33,189 nucleotides of DNA, taken from the IMG/VR virus record IMGVR_UViG_3300031628_000018, positions 1-33,189 of that record. The stretch is one strand, 5' to 3'. Each line of letters opens with the position of its first letter. Position 1 is the stretch's first letter. The position numbers were made by a program, and so were the translations under genes. The DNA is from a virus. Taxonomy: Duplodnaviria > Caudoviricetes. The notes beneath the pieces were generated by a model. That model saw only the letters and a program-made list of their open reading frames with translations, searched no databases and had not been told where the DNA came from. Shown here piece by piece: positions 27,025 through 33,189 of this stretch.

Positions 27025-27142
27025 TATCCCCGCCGAGTTGATTACTATGTGTGTATTAATTCTATCAATTGGAATGGTAGGTATAGCCATTAGTGGCATC
27101 CTATGGGTACTAACACAGATAGCAGAAGATATTAATAGGTGA
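27017..27142 (+). CDS. 41-aa single-TM microprotein
   Basis: Not in ORF track. MASIPAELITMCVLILSIGMVGIAISGILWVLTQIAEDINR, with a GTGA overlap downstream. Confidence 0.6.
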   Translation: MASIPAELITMCVLILSIGMVGIAISGILWVLTQIAEDINR

Positions 27143-27342
27143 GAAAATGCAGGACCTGTAGGCTAGAAAAGCCCCTGGTTGACTTTATAAGAAATTTCCC
27201 TCATTGTAATACTTGCATTACTGAGTATAAAAAAAGTTGGGAAAAAAGGAATAGAATAAAATTGGAAGAGTATCTAGAACTAGGCGATGATAAAGAATTA
27301 CCAGTAGGTGGTGGAGTAGTACCAAACTATAAACCTAAGTAA
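27139..27342 (+). CDS. Small CxxC...CxxC zinc-finger protein
   Basis: KCRTC..EKPL.DF...CNTC resembles the N-terminal Zn module of phage endonucleases, but no nuclease domain follows. Confidence 0.6.
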   Translation: MRKCRTCRLEKPLVDFIRNFPHCNTCITEYKKSWEKRNRIKLEEYLELGDDKELPVGGGVVPNYKPK

Positions 27343-27410
27343 TACGAAAGGTAGTTAGCGTCGTAACCCAAAGCTTGGAGAGGCAGAGGAGTTAGCTACC
27401 TTTCTTATTA
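27340..27410 (+). other. Long intergenic RNA stem-loop
   Basis: TAATACGAAAGGTAGTTAGC pairs with GTTAGCTACCTTTCTTATTA (one mismatch, two G-U), enclosing an inner CCAA-AGC-TTGG hairpin. Confidence 0.65.
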
Positions 27411-27436
27411 GAAAGCTTATCAAAGGAGTAGTTCTA

Positions 27437-27601
27437 ATGAATAGGTATAAGATTGAAACAGTAACAACATCAGGTAGTAAAATCACTTCCCATGTAATAG
27501 CAACTTCCGCAGACAAAGCCATTAAAATGATACAAGTCATTATTAAAAATGCCGAGATTCTGCATTTAACTTTAGAAGACGAGACAGAAAAGGCTGATTA
27601 A
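27437..27601 (+). CDS. 54-aa hypothetical protein
   Basis: Not in ORF track. AAAGGAG SD, MNRYKIETVTTSGSKITSHVIATSADKAIKMIQVIIKNAEILHLTLEDETEKAD. Confidence 0.6.
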   Translation: MNRYKIETVTTSGSKITSHVIATSADKAIKMIQVIIKNAEILHLTLEDETEKAD

Positions 27602-27621
27602 TTTCAAACGAGTCTTTTTGT

Positions 27622-27658
27622 GAGGGGACTTGCTCCATCAAGCATTTCCCCTCTTTTT
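27622..27658 (+). terminator. Possible intrinsic terminator
   Basis: GAGGGGA...TCCCCTC stem followed by TTTTT. The loop is large. Confidence 0.45.
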
Positions 27659-27685
27659 ACTTATATACAAGATAGAGGAGTACAG

Positions 27686-27886
27686 ATGAGTAACCCTGAC
27701 ACAATAGTAGAGGTTGGTAATTACTGGATTTACGATAAACCACCAGAAAATGCTAGTAAGAAAATGCTTCTACTTACTGCTGGGAAAATTTGTATTCTAG
27801 GGCCCTGGCATGGAACAGTGGGTGTTATAGCTTGGCATCCAGTACCAGATCGAAATAAAAAATTAGAATTATCTTTAGGCCTTTAA
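27686..27886 (+). CDS. Hypothetical protein
   Basis: GAGGAG SD before the ATG at 27686. PP...KMLLLT.G...LG.W...IAW.P.P pattern. Confidence 0.65.
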   Translation: MSNPDTIVEVGNYWIYDKPPENASKKMLLLTAGKICILGPWHGTVGVIAWHPVPDRNKKLELSLGL

Positions 27887-27905
27887 ACAAAGGGGAAACT
27901 AAGCG

Positions 27906-28130
27906 ATGATAACAAGTAAATTAGATATGGAATTCGTCTACATGTATACCGTAGATGATACCGAAGAATTTAAATCACAAATACTTAGATGGCGTGACCT
28001 AGAGGATATGGGTCAAGATTGGATATCAGGCTGGGACGACGGTTACGAGAACGGTGTTTTAAGCCTTAAAGTTGGAGAGAATCTAAATGTTAGTGATGTC
28101 AATAGCGAATATATTATTCGTATTAAATAA
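27906..28130 (+). CDS. Hypothetical acidic protein
   Basis: 74 aa, SD-like AAGGGG. Confidence 0.55.
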   Translation: MITSKLDMEFVYMYTVDDTEEFKSQILRWRDLEDMGQDWISGWDDGYENGVLSLKVGENLNVSDVNSEYIIRIK

Positions 28131-28367
28131 ATGAGTATCTATCTAGAAGCCGATCAATTCTTAACTCTAGCTGCAGAGCTAGCAGAACGTAAACTTGACC
28201 TTCTAGAACATATTGACGGTATCGAAAGGATACATGTTCTTCATGATGACGGTGATAGCAGTTACTCTTGTAATGCTCAATACGTTTTCACTAGAGAAAT
28301 GGGTATAGTATGCGAGATTTTAAATGAGAATGGGATATACCAGAGGGAGCCAAATGGACGTACATGA
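28131..28367 (+). CDS. Hypothetical protein
   Basis: 78 aa, abutting the upstream stop. Confidence 0.55.
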   Translation: MSIYLEADQFLTLAAELAERKLDLLEHIDGIERIHVLHDDGDSSYSCNAQYVFTREMGIVCEILNENGIYQREPNGRT

Positions 28368-28524
28368 TAATGAAATAAAAAGACTTAAAGCATTACGTTT
28401 CCCAAGAACTTACCGAGAAGCAACAGGCAGTAACTTCTACGCGGAACCTAAAATAAAATCTTCTTGGAAAAGTTGGGTATCCCTTTTACTGTTTATAGTT
28501 ATCCTACTAGCAGTTGTAGAATAA
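28354..28524 (+). CDS. Small protein with C-terminal TM helix
   Basis: GAGGGAG SD before MDVHD, RFPRT..EA motif, hydrophobic C-terminus. Confidence 0.55.
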   Translation: MDVHDNEIKRLKALRFPRTYREATGSNFYAEPKIKSSWKSWVSLLLFIVILLAVVE

Positions 28525-28725
28525 ATGAGCACATATACTGAAAGTAGTGCAGAGGCCCAGGGCAGGGAAGATTTCTTCTCTACAGCAGAGAATGAATGCG
28601 ATCCTGTGTGTCCCCATGAATGGGGCACACCGGAAGATATTGCTTGGCGGAAAGGGTTTTATGAAGAGAAAAGCCTTTGGCTAAAAGCTATGGCTGATAG
28701 TTTTGTAAACGGAGACTCAGAATGA
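28525..28725 (+). CDS. Hypothetical protein
   Basis: 66 aa with a G......CP......W..G pattern that is loosely RMF-like. Not confirmed. Confidence 0.5.
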   Translation: MSTYTESSAEAQGREDFFSTAENECDPVCPHEWGTPEDIAWRKGFYEEKSLWLKAMADSFVNGDSE

Positions 28726-28991
28726 ATGATACTGTTAAAGTGAAAAGAAGAGCTATCCATGTTAGAAGATGCAGCTATGCAGGCAAGCTAGTTGTACAGA
28801 CTCGATCACTAGACTTAGCGAATGGGGAACAAGTTCCAGCTATAGGTAATATGTACAGTATGCTCACAATATATAACAATATAATATCTAAGGAAAAAGA
28901 GATCAAGGACCGCCTAGAGTTTAATAAGGGCAGATGCAGGCGTATACGCGCTGAAGCAAAAGCACAAGCTAGACTAATTACTAACTTGTAA
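28722..28991 (+). CDS. Hypothetical basic protein
   Basis: GGAG SD, ATGA overlap. Confidence 0.55.
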   Translation: MNDTVKVKRRAIHVRRCSYAGKLVVQTRSLDLANGEQVPAIGNMYSMLTIYNNIISKEKEIKDRLEFNKGRCRRIRAEAKAQARLITNL

Positions 28992-29257
28992 TGAAAAAGA
29001 AGTATTACAACTACAATTATAATCCCTATAAGGATACAGGTAAGCCTGTTAGGGTGTTTAGTAGTTGTTACTACTGGGAAGTACCTGTCCATCCAACACA
29101 GTTTGAGTTGCTGCAGCATTTAATAAAGGATACTGCAATAACTAAAGCAAACGCTATAGCACAGCGGGAGTTAATTGAACTTAGAATGGATAAACTAAAG
29201 AAGACTCTTAATGAGAAAAGAGTTAAACGCTTAGCCGACAGTGAAGACTTTGACTAA
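28991..29257 (+). CDS. Hypothetical protein
   Basis: TAATG overlap. Last + strand gene, converging with the exonuclease. Confidence 0.55.
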   Translation: MKKKYYNYNYNPYKDTGKPVRVFSSCYYWEVPVHPTQFELLQHLIKDTAITKANAIAQRELIELRMDKLKKTLNEKRVKRLADSEDFD

Positions 29258-30006
29258 ACATTAGAGGTCTTCGTATGTACCGGTATCTTACATACCGCTT
29301 CATGACCACGGAACCAATGATGGCAGGAGTTACAACTGTATCTCTTGTACACTCCAGATGCTGTAGCAATATTACCCCTCGCTATAAAATGTTCAGACCC
29401 ACAAGTAGGGCAGCGCATCTCATCTAATACCTTATCTTCATATAGATTCTGGTTAGGATGATTCTTAATCCATGGCAATAACTTAAAATATACCTTTTCA
29501 GTTAGCGCCACATCTTTCTTATTATAAGAAATCATTTTTTTCCAGGACTTTTCATCATTGGACATGCAACCCTTCCAATCGTCCATGTTCATTCCCTTAG
29601 TTTTATGACCAATACCAAGAGCTTGTGCAACATAATCTAATTTATTACTTGGAAACTTGAATTGACTACGAACAGTACGTAGTAAGTCAATTTGTTTATA
29701 AGGACTTGGTGGAAGAAGTGGAGGCTCGGCCAATAAAAACTCACTATGGACCCAAGGCATATCAAAACGCTGGCCATTATAATGAATTACTGCATCAGCC
29801 TCACTTATCAAGGCGTGTAAACACGTTAGAAAGTCTTTATCACCTTTGGATCGGCTATAAATACCTCTCTTAGTTGTCCATTTCGCCGCCCAGCACAGCA
29901 TATACCCTGACTCAATTAATTGACTTAAGGAGATATTCTGTTGCCATAAACCCCAACAATAACCTGTGTTGGGTGCCGTCTCGATATCAAGGGTAAGTAA
30001 ACGGAT
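29254..30006 (-). CDS. RNase H-fold (DEDD, RNase_H_2/YprB-like) exonuclease with C-terminal Zn ribbon, probable ATC start
   Basis: The frame is open upstream of the track start and gives IRLLTLDIETAPN (Exo I). It continues with HYNGQRFD (Exo II), YNKKDV (Exo III) and CPTC...CNSC. GGAG lies 5 nt before the ATC at 30006. Confidence 0.8.
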   Translation of the reverse strand: MRLLTLDIETAPNTGYCWGLWQQNISLSQLIESGYMLCWAAKWTTKRGIYSRSKGDKDFLTCLHALISEADAVIHYNGQRFDMPWVHSEFLLAEPPLLPPSPYKQIDLLRTVRSQFKFPSNKLDYVAQALGIGHKTKGMNMDDWKGCMSNDEKSWKKMISYNKKDVALTEKVYFKLLPWIKNHPNQNLYEDKVLDEMRCPTCGSEHFIARGNIATASGVYKRYSCNSCHHWFRGHEAVCKIPVHTKTSNV

Positions 30007-30079
30007 AGGATCTCCAAAGCGTGTAACACCTTGTCTATATTACATGAAGTTGAGGTTATTTGGCTAAACGGGGGGAAAC

Positions 30080-30289
30080 TTACTTAACTGCTCTCTCGAG
30101 TTCTAAAATATACACAGCCAGTTCTTCGGCATTTTCAGAATCCATGCACATTCTTCCATCTGACATTTGTGTAATTTCAAGACTTGGTTTCGTCGGAGCT
30201 ATCAGTCTTGTTGGGTGGCTTTGACAAGCCATTAGAGAAATGGTTAGCAAACCAAGCACTAGGGTTCTTTGAAATTTTATCTCGCTCAT
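30080..30289 (-). CDS. Lipoprotein, putative o-spanin (Rz1-like)
   Basis: AGAGGGG SD and ATG at 30289. Lipobox-like LMAC after a hydrophobic run, followed by a Pro-containing linker. Starts inside the upstream gene in another frame. Confidence 0.6.
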   Translation of the reverse strand: MSEIKFQRTLVLGLLTISLMACQSHPTRLIAPTKPSLEITQMSDGRMCMDSENAEELAVYILELERAVK

Positions 30290-30386
30290 GTTGAGCCCCT
30301 CTCTTTTCGTCTGTACGCTTATACGCAAGTAACAGCCACAACAGCTTATCCAATACAGCGATAAGCGTTGTGCTAAGAGCGATCAT
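30177..30386 (-). CDS. Putative short i-spanin (Rz-like)
   Basis: N-terminal hydrophobic segment then a charged tail. Overlaps the lipoprotein gene by 113 nt. Confidence 0.45.
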   Translation of the reverse strand: MIALSTTLIAVLDKLLWLLLAYKRTDEKRGAQHERDKISKNPSAWFANHFSNGLSKPPNKTDSSDETKS

Positions 30387-30592
30387 GCAGAATCTGTAGA
30401 TTTAGCTATACGTTTAACAGCTTTGATGCGCCCGAATATGGCTACAGCACCACCTACTAAAGCAGTTACTTGTTCTGCTAAACCATTTGTATCTCCAAGA
30501 TCCCATCCAGCAAGTTGTGAGATAGTCGCAAAAATAGCGATTAATGCTCCCCAGATAGTTTTACTTTCTAGTAAACCTTTTATATCATCCAT
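30383..30592 (-). CDS. Putative holin (2 TM, basic C-terminus)
   Basis: SKTIWGALIAIFA...LVGGAVAIFGRIKAVKRI, GGAG SD, next to the spanin-like pair. Confidence 0.6.
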   Translation of the reverse strand: MDDIKGLLESKTIWGALIAIFATISQLAGWDLGDTNGLAEQVTALVGGAVAIFGRIKAVKRIAKSTDSA

Positions 30593-30652
30593 AATGATCT
30601 CCGGTTAAATTACGAACAACTATACTACTCTTTTTTTATCTTGCTGCAAAGA

Positions 30653-30907
30653 CTAATCTTTATCAGCCTTACGACTAACCTTTGCTTCAATTCTGTCAAG
30701 CTTATTAAAAACTGTTTTCATTACATCTGAAAGTTCTGCCCTTGTCATGTAACTCCCTGCGACAAGAACCTCAATTGAAGAAACTTTTTTCATTATATCT
30801 TTATCAGCAGTTTGTAATTCTTTTACTGCTTGCCAGATAACATGGAGCAAAAATCCGAGCAAGGTTCCTAGTCCACCTAAAACCCAATTAACCATTATTT
30901 GTTCCAT
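30653..30907 (-). CDS. Single-TM plus coiled-coil protein (holin/antiholin-like)
   Basis: N-terminal TM, then a heptad-rich tail ending KLDRIEAKVSRKADKD. Confidence 0.55.
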   Translation of the reverse strand: MEQIMVNWVLGGLGTLLGFLLHVIWQAVKELQTADKDIMKKVSSIEVLVAGSYMTRAELSDVMKTVFNKLDRIEAKVSRKADKD

Positions 30908-31052
30908 AAATAAGCCTCTTTACATACTATAAAATAGATATTGGACCATAAAATCGTACCAGGGTGTCTAAGACGCTCTCTAAGAGCTTTTAATACAAAT
31001 TTGATGCTATCCTATTCCCTTATACTAAATAAACCACTGTACGATGGTACTT

Positions 31053-31310
31053 TTACTCATGTCGATGGTTTTCTACCATCGCGCTATTCTTTATTGCTAA
31101 TTCTTTAGCTTCTAGTGCTAATGTTATACTAAAAGTAGTTCGGGAGCTCTCTTTTTCGTCAACTCCTTTTGATCTGTCCACCTCATTTACATGAGCTGTA
31201 TCTTGACCGAAGTTAACTACAGTAGCATTTATTACTCCACCTGTCATTGCTACGATATATGCAGTAATAAGACCGATAGCTAATTTACTGTCTTTAATAG
31301 AGTCCCACAT
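31053..31310 (-). CDS. Hypothetical single-TM protein
   Basis: 85 aa with hydrophobic residues ~10-32. Confidence 0.55.
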   Translation of the reverse strand: MWDSIKDSKLAIGLITAYIVAMTGGVINATVVNFGQDTAHVNEVDRSKGVDEKESSRTTFSITLALEAKELAIKNSAMVENHRHE

Positions 31311-31311
31311 A

Positions 31312-31578
31312 TTAGGTTAGTATATAAAACCAACCTGCAGCAGATGCTGCTATTCCTGAAACAACACCAGCATAACTCCATTTTAAATCTAGGTTAAAGA
31401 AGTTAAGCGCTGCTACATTCTCAGTGAATGAATAATCATGGTCCTTATGCTGATAGTACTCTCGTGTAATTGCCCATAAGATAACAATATGAGCACCGAA
31501 TCCAGCTGTTATTAATGTAAGTCCGAAACAACTTCCAAAATGTGCAGATTGATCCCTCAATTCTTTATTCACGGTCAA
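31312..31578 (-). CDS. Hypothetical multi-TM membrane protein
   Basis: 88 aa with two to three hydrophobic segments and a HF...RE..Q...DL pattern. Confidence 0.55.
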   Translation of the reverse strand: MTVNKELRDQSAHFGSCFGLTLITAGFGAHIVILWAITREYYQHKDHDYSFTENVAALNFFNLDLKWSYAGVVSGIAASAAGWFYILT

Positions 31579-32014
31579 CTCCCATACGTTTCACAGGCTG
31601 TGGTCTACGCTTTTCATCCACTGCCACATAAGTTAATATAGCTTCCGTTACTTTAATACAGATTTCCTCATTTCCTTCACGAGGTCCTCGCTGTGCGTAA
31701 ACAGTAACATCTACTGTAATTGAAGTATACCCTACCTTAGTAACCTCAGTATAGAAACTAACCAAGTCACCTACATATACAGGGTGTTTAAATACAAAAT
31801 TATTTACTGCGACTGTAACTACGTGCCCACCTGAATGGCGAATTGATGCCATACTACCGGCTATATCAACCTGGGACATTATCCAACCTCCGAATACATC
31901 CCCTGAATGGTTAGTATCCGATGGCATAGGAACTATTCTTAGTGTTGGGTTAAGTCCTTTTGGTAGTGAAGTATAAAATGGTGTCAATAATCTTTCCTTA
32001 TCATTTATTGTCAC
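31565..32014 (-). CDS. yciA: Hotdog-fold acyl-CoA thioesterase (YciA family)
   Basis: LRIVPMPSDTNHSGDVFGGWIMSQVDIAG...VVTVAV..FVFKHPVYVGDLVSFY.EV.KVG.TSITV.V...VTEA.LTYVAVD is the YciA signature. Confidence 0.9.
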   Translation of the reverse strand: MTINDKERLLTPFYTSLPKGLNPTLRIVPMPSDTNHSGDVFGGWIMSQVDIAGSMASIRHSGGHVVTVAVNNFVFKHPVYVGDLVSFYTEVTKVGYTSITVDVTVYAQRGPREGNEEICIKVTEAILTYVAVDEKRRPQPVKRMGVDRE

Positions 32015-32307
32015 TTTTGCTTCTCTTTAGGATATTTCAGTTTAACTGCTAGACATTCATCAATGTATCTCTGTACCTGGAGGTCATCAGCTTTAGCAAT
32101 ACCATCCAAGTAATCAGCTACAGGTGGATACTCTCTTACTCTTAATTCTTGATAAGTAGGTGGTGTAGGTTTATCAGCATCAAGAGCTACATTACCTGCC
32201 TTTAACCACTTAAGATACTCTACATAATCTGAATTAGCCTTATCCTTTGGGATAGATGCTCCGTCTTTAATTCTAATAATTGTGTCTGTGTCTGTTAATT
32301 TATACAT
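32011..32307 (-). CDS. Tail fibre-associated/assembly chaperone-like protein
   Basis: IP.D.ANSDY.EYL.WL..GN and YQ..R..EYP...D.LD...VK.KYPK motifs are typical of genes that follow phage fibres. Confidence 0.65.
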   Translation of the reverse strand: MYKLTDTDTIIRIKDGASIPKDKANSDYVEYLKWLKAGNVALDADKPTPPTYQELRVREYPPVADYLDGIAKADDLQVQRYIDECLAVKLKYPKEKQK

Positions 32308-32310
32308 AAT

Positions 32311-33189
32311 TTATAGCTCCGCTGATGCTGTAAATGTACCTGTGTTTAAAAACAATGCCGCACGCAGACCTAAAGTGTTTGTCAGGGCTGAAGCACAAGT
32401 CATATCGTATTGAATCATTTCAGGCTTACAGTAACTTGCGCCTAATGTTGCATTTGCCCCAATAGCACCGCCATTCCACAAACCGCAAGTACCAGACAAA
32501 GCCCCAGTAGGGGCAGTGCGCATAACAACGGGGAGTTCAAATCCCCACCGATGAACAGTAGTTGCGTTGTTAGTGTTTCCTGACCCAAGCATAGTATTTG
32601 CGTGCGGCCCATAATGTTGATAATACCTCTGACACAAAGCAAACTCAGTTCCATAACTTCTATGTTCAAATGGTGTGGCTACTGAACCTACTTCTAGTTG
32701 AACACCTGTGATATAAATTGTAGCATTTAAGACACTTATTAACTTTACATCAGCAGCCTTGCGCTTAAAATTCCCTGCTTGCCATGTATCTGCTGTTGAT
32801 GTTTCGAAAGCTGAACCAGACCCTATATCACAGATACCTACATATATGCTAACTCCATTAGTGCTATCAGCAGTAACCCAACCTGTTCCTGTTGTATCTC
32901 CGGGAACTGTTACACTATGTTGTACCCAAGAATTAGCTTGTCCCGCAGAGACAGTTACGGCGGTAGTATATGACCTATTGCTTTGTGCCATATTGCCTAA
33001 GAATGAAACCCCGTATGATCCTGCGGTATTGGCATACATCCAAAAACTTAAAGTAAAGGATTTCGCATTAGCTGTACCAAAACTCATGTTCGTGAAATTA
33101 AACCCTTCAACAGCTTGCCATATAGCATTTATATCTCCTGATGAAGCGGTTGCTGCCGTAGTTGTTTTTACTTCAAAACAGTCAGCGAA
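32311..33189 (-). CDS. Tail fibre / carbohydrate-binding receptor-binding protein (C-terminal part, 5' end outside window)
   Basis: The frame stays open from 33087 to the window edge. Q.VEG.N....FGTANAKSFTLSFW and ITGVQLEVGSVATPFEHRSYG.E.ALCQRYY motifs. Confidence 0.8.
   Translation of the reverse strand, partial: FADCFEVKTTTAATASSGDINAIWQAVEGFNFTNMSFGTANAKSFTLSFWMYANTAGSYGVSFLGNMAQSNRSYTTAVTVSAGQANSWVQHSVTVPGDTTGTGWVTADSTNGVSIYVGICDIGSGSAFETSTADTWQAGNFKRKAADVKLISVLNATIYITGVQLEVGSVATPFEHRSYGTEFALCQRYYQHYGPHANTMLGSGNTNNATTVHRWGFELPVVMRTAPTGALSGTCGLWNGGAIGANATLGASYCKPEMIQYDMTCASALTNTLGLRAALFLNTGTFTASAEL

Noticed and set aside
27340-27410. Twister or hammerhead ribozyme
   Set aside because: Conserved catalytic cores (such as CUGANGA/GAAA or the twister pseudoknot pairings) could not be placed.
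1-33189. Stop-codon reassignment, tRNA genes, integrase or DGR
   Set aside because: Core genes are full length in the standard code and use all three stops. I saw no cloverleaf, recombinase or reverse transcriptase motifs by eye, and tRNAscan-SE would be needed to exclude tRNAs formally.

Overview
This window is about 33 kb of a lytic N4-like podophage (Schitoviridae-type) genome. It appears to span the junction between late genes and early genes. Positions 1-11342 (- strand) hold the late head and packaging block: gp53/54/55-like proteins, major capsid, scaffold-like gp57, gp58, portal, adaptor, TerL, a three-gene insert with a T4-lysozyme fusion, and TerS. Positions ~11350-13070 are a motif-dense, mostly non-coding region that probably contains the genome terminus and early promoters. 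It carries five CACGACTCA boxes, covarying hairpins, two paralogous small genes and a leftward sigma70 promoter driving a small HNH. Positions 13071-29257 (+ strand) encode a split T7-like RNAP II with an alpha-CTD-like gene between its subunits, an AAA/VWA pair, an SF1 helicase, an HNH, a family A DNA polymerase, and a run of tiny membrane or secreted proteins. Positions 29254-33189 (- strand) encode a DEDD exonuclease that appears to start at ATC, spanin/holin-like genes with no adjacent endolysin, a bacterial YciA-type acyl-CoA thioesterase and a partial tail fibre. The virion RNAP, primase and SSB are not in the window. All family calls come from motif recognition by eye, and no database search was run.
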